64,000 bases of DNA from Vicugna vicugna (Eukaryota). Shown piece by piece: positions 34,687 to 46,588 of this stretch (within the stretch, counting starts at the first letter, position 1; each line of letters begins with the position of its first letter). Location of the stretch: assembly GCA_013265495.1 (NCBI GenBank), contig MU057880.1:2076527-2140526 (forward strand), given 5' to 3'. The position numbers and the translations under genes were made by a program. The notes beneath the pieces were generated by a model. The model was not told the origin of the DNA, did not search any database, and was given only the letters and a program-made list of their open reading frames with translations.

Positions 34687-37402
34687 CAGTCCACCTGGCA
34701 TCTCTGGGCAGATGACGGAGGCAACCATGGCTTCTGCTGCACATTTTAGAATAAAGGAAGAGTGGAACTTCGTGGCCAAGGAAAGGAGGAAAGGCAGCCC
34801 CCAGGCTGCGTACTGCAAGAACAGCTTCGTAGACACCAGCGTGAGGCTTCTGGATAAGATTGAAAGGAGCTCTCTCACAAGACAGAGTTCGCCTTCAAAG
34901 AAGAGAGGCAAACCCAGAAGTGAGTTCGTGTTTGAACTTTCGAGGGAGCACTGGAAGGCTGCTTGAAGAAAATGAAGGAACCCAGTGTGAGTTTCAACCA
35001 TCTGAAGAGCATTCCTCCAGAACTGGGAGATGGTGAAGACTTAGAGAAACTGGATTGTCCTGGAAATCTAGAATTAACCGAGCTCCCCTTTGACTTAAGT
35101 AATTTGAAGCAGGTTTCCTTCCTAGATATCTCAGCAAACCAGCTCTCCAGCGTCCCGGCCTGTGTCCCGCGGATGTCTAATTTGCGATGGTTGGACATCA
35201 GCAACAATAGCCTGAATGACCTGCCGCAAGACATGGACAGGCTAGAGGAAATGCAGGTCTTCCTCCTGTATAAGAGCAGGATGACCACCTTCCGCACGCC
35301 CTGCTTAACCTAAAGAAGCTCACCCTGTTAGTCAACCGTGGGGACCACTTGGTGGAGCTCCTGACTGCCCTTTGTGATCCATCCACACCTTTAAAATTCA
35401 TAAGCCTTATGGACAGTCCCACTGAAAATACACAATGTCAAGATGGTGATGCAGTGATAGAAAGTGAACGAGATCGCCGGCATTTTGATAACGAATTTCT
35501 GAAAGCCTGTCTTGAAGATCTTAAAGAAAGAGAATCTGTTCCCAGCTATACCGCCAAAGTGTCTTTCATCCTTCGGCTTTGATACCATCCAGCAGAAGAC
35601 TACGGAATCTTCCTGCCCTGAGAGGCCATAAATCTTCATGTTGTGGGTCATGCCAGAGAGGGATAATAGCTTGTGCTTAAGGGCAAAGTCTAGAAACCAC
35701 GGTCATAGTTAGGAAAAATGATTTTCACATTCAAGTATGTGAATACCTCTTTCTATTAACTGGAGAATTAATTGATAAATGGGTTTATATATTGATATTT
35801 AGAAGTTTATTTGCATACACCTGTTTCTAAATAATATACATTTCGTATTTTAGAAAATGTGTTTTTTTTAAAACTGTCACTTAAAGACCAAATTTTGAAG
35901 TTGATTGCATTGTTTTCAGGAATCCGGGGAGAAAGGGGCTGTGAAAAGAATATTGATATTGGACTAGTCAGATGAAAGTTTATTTTTAAAGAGGTTAATA
36001 CATTTCTGTCTTTTGACTGGTAACAGCTTTCCTTGGGTTTGTTACACAAATTGTTATTTTCACATGTTTTAAGTTATATTTTACAAGGGGTAGGCGCTCA
36101 GGAAAGGCTTTTAGGTGTATAATCTGGCCTTGAAGGTAGAAAGAAGGGCTGGATTCTCTGCCCGGGCACTGGGCTCAGATGGCGCGCTGGTGGCCCGAGC
36201 GGAGGAAGTGTGGGCCTGGCTGGTCACAGGAAGCCTTGCACGCCCTGCGTGGACCGTCAGGCTGCCCTGCGTGGGCACCGTGGGCACCCCTCAGAGAAAG
36301 GAGCAGAGGTGGTGCTGCCAGGGCCCCATCCTCCAAGGAGGCCATGTAAGGTAGCGGGAGTGGCTAGTCCACGCTGACGTGGCACCCTTAGCCAGGCTTT
36401 GCTGCAGGAGAACTCTGCCCCTGGCCAAGATGCTGCGGCCCAGAGGGAGCTCATGAGACTGGGTTTATGTTTGGTAAAGAAGGGATTCATTACAGGGCTT
36501 TGGACTTTTCCACTGTGTTGTATGAATTGGAGAAATCATAAAAATATGGATTTTTATACTATTATCTTGGGCTGAAATAATCAAGATTGTCCCTCTGCTG
36601 AAGTTTGTTTAAACAAGTAGCATTTGTGATGGAGAAGGAAAAAAATACATATATTCACATAGTTATATATGAGTCAGCTCCCATATTGTCCAGCCAAGTG
36701 CTGTCTGATGGAACTTCCTACAGTGACAGAAATGTTCCACATCTATACTGTCCAATTTGGGAACCACTAGATGCATGTACTTCTTGAGCAATGCCTGGTA
36801 TGACTGAAGAAGAATTTTTAATTACATTTAAATTTAAGTAGCCAAAGGTAGCTTTCATATTGGATAGCACAGATCTAGCCAGTTGGGTTTTTTGGAAGTT
36901 AATCTGCGCTAGAAATGAAGGGTGATTCTTGTTTCATTTCTATTTTCTTACCTGAAGAACTAGCCTAGCCGACCCCAAGAGGGGTTAATATTGACAACCA
37001 ATATTTTGCCTTGATTGGCTTAATCATAATTCTAAGTATATCATCCTCAATAGACATAAAATAAGCAGAACATTTTAAAACACGGTGATGCTTCAGTAGA
37101 GCGCTGCTTCAACTTGACCTGCTTTTCGGAGTTAGTTTTTAAGAGATGAAATGAGTAACAAAATGAGAAATCACTTTAATTGAACCTCAATTGTATTTTT
37201 CTTTTTAACACATTTAAAGTATTTACATTTAGTTATACTACATGAGTGAATTTGGAATTTTATTTCATGCCAAGGTATATGTCACATACAGCCAAATGGA
37301 AATATCTGAAAAGGGGGGAAATAAGGGCTTTCACATAAATTGGCAGTCCATAAGTTATGTAAAATTTCAATAAAACCAATCTTTTGTGCAAAAAAAAAAA
37401 AA
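34687..37402 (+). pseudogene. LRRC2: Processed pseudogene (retrocopy) of LRRC2 (leucine-rich repeat-containing 2), including ~1.8 kb of 3' UTR
   Basis: Three intronless ORF pieces match LRRC2 as recalled: 'IKEEWNFVA...[28 protein letters not shown]...FVFELS.EHW', '[38 protein letters not shown]', and 'LVEL.TALCD.STPLKF.SLMD...[31 protein letters not shown]' (stop 35580-35582). Frameshifts at 34957/8 and ~35287. AATAAA at 37369-37374, A-run at 37390-37407, TSD AAAAAGATAAAGCCAGAG at 34669-34686 and 37403-37420. Confidence 0.93.
36696..36875. mobile_element. MER3-like hAT MITE inside the retrocopy 3' UTR
   Basis: 'gtgctgtctgatggaacttcc...gaaatgttccacatctatactgtccaat...ccactag...tttaaatttaagtagcca...tattggatagcacag' with terminal inverted repeats. 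Confidence 0.75.
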
Positions 37403-37934
37403 AAAAAGATAAAGCCAGAGAGGTGAGCGCAGGTTATGAAGAACATTAAACCACCGGCTTAAGGTCTATTTTCACTTTATTTAGAAGGCGATCAGAGTCA
37501 TTGAAGATTTTAAGTAGGAGATAAAACCACGACCAGATTTACATTTAAGAAGTACGGTTAGCAAGAGAACATGTTGATTTTGAATTGTTTCCAAACATGA
37601 AAGAATGTCGTTAAAATAGATGAAGCAAGCAACATAATGAATTCTCACTGAGAGTAAATCTCTTTCAAAGCAACAGATTGTGATCCCAAAATAGCACACC
37701 ATTGTCATTTCACTTTTGTGCTATATTAGTTCTTTCAGGTAATTTTCTTGAAATAGCTATAAAACTGAAGCAAGAAACTATTTATGGCATTTTTTTTAAG
37801 TTACATCTCTCCATTAACAAATTCTGTACAAAACTTGACCGTCAATCAGTCTTTATCCACAATTGATAACTGGTTCTGTCCCAATTTAGGTGATTTTGTA
37901 CCTAAATTTGTTTTAAATAAAAATGGTACTGGCA

Positions 37935-38050
37935 TTAATGGAACATGATCTGAATACACACACACACACACACACACACACGCGTGTGTTTATATAACTG
38001 CGTCACTTTGCTGTGCACCTGAAACTAACATAATACTGTAAATCAAATTT
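37935..38050 (+). mobile_element. Very short L1 3' tail containing an (AC)13 microsatellite (37956-37981)
   Basis: 'tataactgcgtcactttgctgtgcacctgaaactaaca...tgtaaatcaa'. Flanking repeats 'aaaatggtactggca'/'aaagctggtgctggca'. Confidence 0.7.
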
Positions 38051-39361
38051 AAAAGCTGGTGCTGGCACAGAACAGCTGCTCTACCTCTGATCAATGTTAT
38101 TCAGGAACTTTCACCTGTTCCGCAGGAACTGTAACCTGGGACGGCTGAGCCTCCGGCAGACCTGGTGCCGGAGCTGGAGCAGAAGGCAAGCCCATGCACG
38201 CATTCTGGCACCTTGCTTTCTGGCGTTGGGAATATTTAAAGACAAAGAAGAAGGACACCTGTATCTCAGGCTGAATTTGGGGCTCCCCTCGGAAATCTTT
38301 TCCACTAGATTTACGAATTAAAGATTTGGTCTTCCTAAGTTTTGGAGAATCATCTAACACAAATGGGTCAGCATTGCTAGCTATTTAATATAAATCTCTG
38401 TCTATGGCTTTAGGAAATTTTCCAGATGAATCATACATCTGAGTTTGAAAAGATGCATTGTCTTTTTTTCTAACAGAGAATATAATGATATGTATATAGG
38501 AGGACAAACATAGAAACAGATAAATACGGTACTTGAGACTTGAGCCTATGCCCCTTGAAAAATTATGGGGTTTTTGTTTGTGTTTTAGTGTGTTTTTAAA
38601 GGAAATATAGGAATTCCAGGAATAATTCTTACTTTATTGGCATTCCGTTTTGGTTAGTATAATTCCTGGGGAAAAATCTGGGCGATTGATTGGGTTAATT
38701 GTTTCCATTTGAAAACCAAGACAAAAGAGGTCTCATCCAGATGTCAAATCAGGTACAGTGTTACTGACGGAATCACTCAAAACAGAAGAGGTTTTATTAG
38801 ACTCGCAAAAAGAGTATGTTTCAGATTTTACAATAGGTGGCATTTAGGGCCGTTTCACTGGGTTCATTAAGAACCCGTAAGTGATGCTTTCAATAAATTT
38901 GTGGCTCTAAATGGGAATTGATCAGGAAGATGAGAAAAGCCAAGAAGGAGGACGTGTGTTCAAACTGAAGGAAGTCCTAAGAAACTGGAATGTCAACATG
39001 TGAATAAAGCCCAGGAAATTTATGTGATTCCCATTGTGTTTTTTTTCTCCCATTGTTTTTGAAGCAATATTTTTTATCATCACCACATTGACAAGTAGGC
39101 CAAGATATAGTTCAAGAAGTAGGCCTCTTCATTTTCACAGTTTATCAGGAGAATATTATTTTGTGAATAAGTAGAGCAGTCTGGATTTGAGAACTTCTTG
39201 GCCAGAAGCAAAGTAATAATTGAAGAGTTTTTCTAATACATAGATGTATTTCTTTAGTTCATTCAAATGTGAGGATCCCTTTTACCTATAAGGGATGAAA
39301 TATTAAAATTTCTTCAGCGTTCTCCAAGCCCACATTGCTGTATTTAAATGGACTCAAAAAC

Positions 39362-39502
39362 GGGGGAGGGTAGAGCTCAGTGTTAGAGCATGTGCTTAGC
39401 ATGCACGAGGTCCTGGGTTCAATCCACAATGCCTCCATTAAAATAAATTAAGTAAATAAATAAACCTAATTCCTCCCCCCAAAGAAATAAGTTAAAAAAA
39501 AA
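39362..39502 (+). mobile_element. Vic-1-like SINE
   Basis: 'gggggagggtagagctcagtgttagagcatgtgcttagcatgcacgaggtcctgggttcaatcc...aaataaacctaattcctcccccc'. Confidence 0.9.
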
Positions 39503-40237
39503 CCTCAATATAAAAGAGTTGCTTTGTCTAATTTTTGTTATTGAAGAAGATTGGAAAAAAAATTAATAACCAGCAGCACAATGTGATTGCAGCTCGGGGC
39601 AAAGCATAAAGCTCTTATCTATAGTGTCCCCTAAAAAGAGGACTGGCCAGGGGACAGGAAGTCAGGAGAAGTGCCTCTTAAACTTGTGTCTTCTAAATAG
39701 AGCCACTCAACGCACAGGTCACGCTGCCAGTCCACGGGCTCCTGCCAAATGGTGACAGAATTCACTTCTAACCTCTCACCACCTGGGTAAGACATTTACC
39801 AGATAGGAGCAGGGAAATAAAAAATGAATTCTTAAAATAATACAAGAAGATACTTCAAACAAAAACTAGCAGAGAACAAAAAAAGTGTAAAAAATTTTAA
39901 GGCAGCAACAACATGATTTTGGCATGTTAAGAAAAGTTTAATAAAGGAAATTAAAAATAGATGGCTAACGACAAACCTTTAATTCAGGAAATTGAAGATC
40001 AGATTCCTCATGATACAAAGCAAGATGCTATGGAAGTTACAGGCTGAATTTCCTATTCAGAGACAATAGTACCAGAATATCTTACGCTACAAAACTCTAT
40101 TTCTTGGGACATAAATTTCCTATGGGCTATTAGTTAGGAAATTATTTTATAGATGGGAATAATGAGTTCCAAGGAAGTAATGTGGCCCAGATTACATACC
40201 CAAGAAGTGCAATATTAGAAGGATTGACAGTTTGGAA

Positions 40238-40265
<28 letters not shown>
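40238..40265 (+). repeat. (AC)14 microsatellite
   Basis: Directly visible. Confidence 0.95.
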
Positions 40266-40269
<4 letters not shown>

Positions 40270-40899
40270 GCACCTTACCTGACCTAGATTACAGTCGAGA
40301 AACCTGAAGACAGGAGGGCGTCGCCTACGTGATGGGTCCCTGGATCTTTGTGGATCTGACTCCCCACTTCGGGCACATGGGTCTTATCAAGGCTTCCAAT
40401 TCGCTAGCCACTTTGACTCATCCGGTCCAATTAGCATCACGGCATGAATACTGTGGATCCATGTGATGTTCTGTGGGTCATTCTGAGGACACAGGTCTCC
40501 TGGGACCACATCTGGGCAGAGCAAGAGGGCAAACACAGCCCTGGCGCAAAGTTCTTAAGGGCTGGAAAAGTCTGGTCTGTTCCAAGTCCATGTCAGCTGT
40601 CCACAATCCTCTCTTCCAACTAGAATGGAAAAGAACAGGTTCCTCAAGTCCCCGGCCGTACAGCACGTACCTGTGATTCTACTTGAGCAGGGACAGTCAC
40701 CGCTGGCCCGGCAGCCACAGCTTGGATGCCACCTGGGTGGACGTGTCAGGAGTCAGCTTCCTCCTGTGGCCAAGCGGCAGGTGGGCCAGCTCTGAGTCGC
40801 GTGTCAGCATCTGCTTTTTTGAACACTCCTGGCAGGAGCCACTGTGACTTGGCTTCCCGCTTGAAGCCGACTCTGCGATGAAGATGGCTTTGCCAGACT

Positions 40900-41270
40900 T
40901 TTGTTCAAGGTGCTCAGGGGAACCCACAGCTGGAGGAGAGAGACGGGAAATGGGGCTGGACGAGAGAGAAGCTGAGGTGTGATGATGTCCCAGCGAAATC
41001 CTCCCTCTTTGGACTCTGGACTCTGCAGAGAGGTCTGGAGCGGGGATGGCCTTTCAGAGTTGTCCCCGGTTGGGGAGAGGGGCTGGGCCAATGGGCCCCA
41101 GGGTGCAAGCTAACCCCAGAAGCAGCCGTGACCGTGATGGGCCAGTCTCCTCCAGCCACAGCGATCCCCAGAAACAGACGCCAGCGGGGAGCATCTCCCC
41201 AGAGCACCCGGCAGCTAGAAGGATATGCCCTTCACTTTTTAAGGGAAACACAGGCTGCACATAGGAGCAC
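40900..41270. mobile_element. Possible old ERVL-class LTR remnant
   Basis: 'ggatggcctttcagagttgtcccc...ggggctgggcc' resembles LTR40-like elements. Weak recall. Confidence 0.35.
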
Positions 41271-41294
41271 CTGCCGCTGTTAGATGACAGTATG

Positions 41295-42760
41295 TGGGGC
41301 CACTTCCGGGCTCTCTATTCCGCTCCTTTGTTCAACTTCTCCGTCTTTGCACAGCTATCACATCATTTTAATTACTACGGCTTTATAATAAGTCTGAGTA
41401 TTTGGAAGCATCCAGCATTGTTCTTCCAAGGATCATAAATTATCCCTCCATTTATTTAGTCTTCTTTCATCCTAATAAGGATTTTAATTTCTAGTGTAGA
41501 GGCTTTGAACCTCCTCTGACAGATTTATTCCTGGATATTTGATGTCTATTGGTGCTGTCGTAATGGTATGTTTTTCCATTTCCTTTTTTTGGTTATCTTG
41601 TTGATGGAATGCAAACGATTTCTGTCGATTGAACACATATGCAATAACTTTGTGACATTCAATTATCAATTCTAAACATTTGTAAACTCTTTATATTTTC
41701 TAGGCACAGAATGACTGTCTGTGAATAGCAATTGTTTAATTTTTTTCTTTTCCAATTATTCCGTCTTTTATCCATGCCTTATTTTACTGGCTTAATCTCC
41801 AGTACAGTGTTGAATGCTGTGTTAGCAATGAGCATCCTTATCTCATTCTTAATTTCAAGGAACATCTCTTCAGTATGTCACCATCGTGAAAGCTGCTTGC
41901 CCTAGGATATTTCAGATATTCTTATAGACTACTTAGAGGTTAAGATACTTCCCTTCTCTTTCTAGTATACCCAGAGTTTTTCATCAGGAGAATTAGTTAG
42001 CATTAGAATCAGTTGAATTTTGTCAATTGATTTTTCTTTTTCTTTTTTCCTTTTATCCATTTATTATTAATTTTTAAAAATTTTTTATTGAAGTATTGAC
42101 ATAGTTACAATGTGTCAGTTTCTGGTGTACAGCACCATGTCCCAGTCATGCGTACACAGACATATATTCATCTTCATATTCTTTTTCATTAAAGTTTATT
42201 GCAAGATATTGAATACAGATCCCTGTGCTATATAGAAGAAATTTGTTTTTTAATCTATTTTTTATACGTATGATTTTTCTAAACCTATCAAAATCGTCAT
42301 GTGATTTCTCTCCCCTCCCCCATCTTTTTCTTAGATTGGTAAATCACACTGGTTTCTCAGTGTTTAACTCTGCACATGGGCAGACCCTACCTGACGTCAG
42401 CACGTGTACGTATACACACACACACACACACAAACACACTTCCTGAACTGGAAAGTACACATTTGATGAAGACTGTCTGCATCTATGTCCACAATTGGTC
42501 TGTAGTGTTACTTTCTTGTAACTTCCTTGTGGGAATTCCAAATCGATGGCTGAATGCTAGTATAAAAAGAACGAGGAACTCTTCCCTTCTTTCCGTTTCT
42601 TGGAAGAATTTATGTCTGATTGGTGTTATTTCCTATTTACTTTTCTTTTTTCAATTTTTGGCAAGATACACTAGTGAAGCTTTCCGGGCCTGGGGTTTTT
42701 ACTGTGGGAAGGTTTTTTAAATGATGTATCCAACTTTAACGTTCAGACTGTTCAGGGGCG
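41295..42760 (-). mobile_element. Old L1M ORF2 fragments
   Basis: 'ttttaattactacggctttataataagtct', 'agatttattcctggatatttgat', 'ctccagtacagtgttgaat', 'gagcatccttatctcattct', 'ttggaagaatttatgtctgattggt'. Confidence 0.8.
42080..42270 (-). mobile_element. Short young L1 3' end nested in the old L1M
   Basis: Reverse complement of the 3' end seen at 33600-33795. Confidence 0.88.
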
Positions 42761-45280
42761 ACATCCAAGCCCTCTTTACTGAGTGGTTCTTACTCACCAA
42801 GTAACATGTCAAGTGTACATGACGCCCCACAGTGACAGAGGCTGATGCAAAGGTAATCCCGTGAAGCTAAAAGGAGCTTGTGTTGAAAACACAAAGGTGA
42901 GATGCATGGCCCTTCTTTCGTGGAATGTATATTCTGGAGGAGGAGAAGGGCTTTTGTCAAATATACAGCCATAAATATCATACTTCAGTCTTGAAGAATT
43001 TAAAGAGAGGTTTGGGACAGCACAAGTGTTCATAATCGGAAGATTTGGGTCTCTGGGTGTATTAGGGGTAAATTTCTTAAAGAAATTCTATTTGTGCAAA
43101 ATTAAGTACTTCCACCTAATCTGTGTTTATACTTTGTAATTATTCCTTTCATCTTTAAAAACATCCTGTTGACATAGCTACTCCTCCACAGAGCTCCTCC
43201 GAGATGGGCTGTGGGTGCCCTCCAGTCTCTCCTATAGTCCAGGGTATCCCCCCAGGAGGGGCGACTGCTTCCTCGGCCACCTCCTCTCTCTGCCCAAGGA
43301 GGGGGCGGCTGGGTTTCTCATTCTCCTCCAGCTGCCATTGCTTCTCCCCGCCACACGGGGTCTCTGTTGACAGCTGGTCCTCCACCGTCGGCCAGGTAAG
43401 GCGTCCCTGCATCTCTCCCAGCATCCGCCCGGTTTGGACGCACATCTCGCTGAGCCAGATGCAGGGAGCACTGCTTCCACATTATTCCAAAAACTGTCTC
43501 TGCAGTTCTGAGCCCTCCCTTCATAACTCTCAAAACTCGGAGAGCCCCCTCTGCCCCTCTGTCCAGGTCAGCACCGGCCCTTGTGAGGACTGTTGGACTA
43601 AAAGGCCCGGCTCTAACAGCAGGCAAAACACTGCAGAGGCCCAGAGCCCCTTGTACAGACCCGGGAAGCGACTGCGTTTGCTCAGAAAAGGGCAGGGATC
43701 TATTTCCAGAGCTCAAAGGAAATTTTCTTCCTAAGGATGACTTCCTAGCACCTTTCTCTCTAGATCAAAGAAACACAAACAGGCGTTTAACTTGGGGGGA
43801 TGTATGCAATTAAATACTCTTTAATTAAACATCTTTTCTTTTGTTCTAGCAAACATCGGTATGGAGAAAAATAATAATTAGTCATAATCTCCTGAAGATA
43901 CGCTATGTATCTAATTACAGCAGTCAGGCTGCCCCAGGGTTGGGGGGGGGGTCCCTTCTCTGTTATGAGGAATGCAACTCTTTAAACCTTTCCTTGGCTA
44001 CTATTTTCTCTCTCTTTCTTCATTTTCCTTATTCTTCCCTGACCTTTTCTAGTTTGTCCACATCTTTTAGAAAGTATAGCGACCAAAAGTAGCCACAGTT
44101 TCCTCATGAAGAGTTCATGAATGCATAATACAGCAGAAAGATTGCTTCCAAATGCCCACAAATTATTCCTTTTAATAAATTCCAGAATCCTTACTTACTT
44201 GGGTTCAGCATCAAGATTCCAAGTTTCCTTTTATATTTTTGTCTGGTCAGTCCTTTCCATTTGTTAACTTCTACTAACTGTTATCCTGCTTTAGAAACCA
44301 ATATTTTTGCTCATGCCACTTTGATCCTTATTTTAACATTTGAGGAAAAGATGGCAAGATTTCCAAATCCAAGATTATTTCACATCTCAACCCCTTTGTA
44401 TGTATTAGACTGATCATTCAGTAGTTTCCATATATTGACCTTTAAAATAATTACCTTGTACTCTCCCCCAAATATCTGAACATTTATTTTAAAAAGGCAC
44501 AATTCAGATAGTAACTTACAATGTCCTGCTGATTCCGGGCAAATTTAATAGCATTTTCTCCATCTTAACAATGATGCAACTCTTTTGTACAAAACAAAGA
44601 CCCGTTTCTATTACATGTCTTTCAATAAAGTGCTATGACTACAGGGAATATTTTATTTTAGTTTTAACACTAACGTATCTGGAAGCAAATATGTAGGTAG
44701 AATAATTTCTCTGCATTTTTATTGCACCATTATTTTAAGTAAGGTCATATGTATAAGTTCTATAGCATATAGTTACACTGTTCGGCAGACAATACAATTT
44801 ATTGTATTGTTCTACTATAATTTATTGAATCAAACACCCTCAAGTCTATGAATCTTAAAATGACATTGGAAATCATCACATAAAGCCCCACAATTAAAGA
44901 CTCTGAGGTTCAAGCTTCAGAGATTTGTCTAAAATCAATTAATTCGTGATCAAAACTGGATTAGAAACCCATTTTTCTGAGGCAAAAATCCAAGGTTCTT
45001 TCGTCTACACGACACCGTCCTCTGAACTTGCCACTTCAGTAACTTTTCATGAAATGTAGAGTCCATTGGGAATAACATTGAGAAGCTTTCAGTCTGTGAA
45101 CTCAAGTACCAAAGAATTGCAGCTTTGCAGCAAAAAAAAATCTTTCATTAGTATCAATTAATTTGTTGTAAATATGATTTGTAATTAGCACTAAATGAAA
45201 TTTGAGACGTATTTTCAAAGAAGATAATAAATAAACATTGTCGATCACTGCCTGATGGTCTTGCTGGTTTTAAACCCACT

Positions 45281-45715
45281 GTATCTCTGTTCTGTATCGA
45301 CCCCCTACAGTGTATGCAGCAAAGCTGAGCTGGAACTCTGCAGGTTACACCTAACGGACTTCTACAAAAGCAGCTCTCCGGACCCAGAGCAAGATTAGGG
45401 GACAGCGGGAGGGGTAGAGGACATCTTCGTTACCCAAGCAGGGGCAGCTGGATTCAGCATCCAGCCTCCTCCGCCTCCCTGCTCCCACCCAGAGATAGCA
45501 GAGCAGCCAGGCCGGGCCTTCCATGCAGAAAGTTGCCCCAGATTCTGGGGGTACAAGTACCCCTTTTCACTCCCCTGACCTAGACTGGGAGCTACTTCCT
45601 GCTCTTACTCTATGAGGGTTCGGGGTTTCTCTTTGCTCCTAAATCCTCCAGCGCCTCGGTAGCAAATTTCCTGTATCAAATCCTCCCTATTTAAAAGCTT
45701 CTGATCCCTGACAGG
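45281..45715 (+). mobile_element. LTR33-like ERVL LTR
   Basis: 3' part 'agctacttcctgctcttact...tttgctcct...gtagcaaatttcctgtatcaaatcctccctattt...ccctgac' resembles LTR33. Confidence 0.6.
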
Positions 45716-46069
45716 TAAGGTTGGCCCCGTCAAAAGAAAGACTGGACATTTGTTTCTCTTTATTTTTTAGAATTTTGTACTATGAAGTTCAGAATTATCT
45801 ACTGTTAGGGAGAACAAAAGAGAGAGAGAAAATCAGAGCACGGTGTGAATATCTACTTTCCTTGGACAAAAACTCTACAAGTCATCATGAGAAACAAGGT
45901 ACCTTATGCTAGAATTAAATTCTGAAGTCAGTGTGCAAAATAGAAATAGGGTCCAATCAAATTAGCCTTGAAAGTCTCTTAATAATTCATTACTACGGCA
46001 CAAGCAGCTTTGAGCAAAGTGCTGTATTGTAAATATTTATAAAATATGTGCATAAAAGGCAAAGGATAC

Positions 46070-46588
46070 GTTACCGAGTCCAAACTCATTCTGTTCACCG
46101 CACGACAAGCCAATAAATCAAGAGATGGGGTGTTGGGGCAAGGAATAACCACTCTATTTGGAAAGCCAGCAGACTGAGAAGATAGGGGACTAATATCCTG
46201 GAGAACCATCTTCCTCAAGTCAGAATTCAGGCTCCTTTTGTACCAAAAAGGGGAGGGGGTGTGGTTGGTTGCTGCAAACTTCTTGATGTAGGAATCCTTT
46301 GTTCTTGCAGCCATCCACGTGGGTCAGGTCATGGTGTCCTGCAAACCTCCAACAAGACAAGTGTTAGTTTCTATTCTGCAACTTTTTGCCTCTATATGAA
46401 TGGAAAAAGTGTTACCCCCTTAAAGGTCAGAGCCTTGAGGATGGGCTCTCCTGTCTATTTCAGGCTCCAGGCAACATTCTGTTACAAAAGGTGCAGAACC
46501 AGCGAGACTGAGCCCAGGAAACAGAGCCCAGGGTTAGAGCCAAAGGAACAGGTCAAATACGGAGTCAGGTTTTTTCTTCCCTATTACA
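46070..46588 (-). mobile_element. Solo ERV1 LTR, MER41-like (artiodactyl type)
   Basis: 'gttaccgagtccaaactcattctg...gcacgacaagccaataaatcaagagatggggtgttggggcaaggaata...ggaaagccagcagactgagaagat' through '...ctattaca'. 'tacg' is present at both ends as a probable TSD. Confidence 0.75.

Noticed and set aside
34712..35582. LRRC2 as a functional retrogene
   Set aside because: The N-terminus and an internal block are missing and there are two frameshifts. At most a 79-84 aa LRR-free peptide is encodable.
43155..43813. Cluster of 76-176 aa ORFs in a GC-rich patch
   Set aside because: No recognisable homology, overlapping frames on both strands, and no poly(A)/TSD or convincing exon structure.
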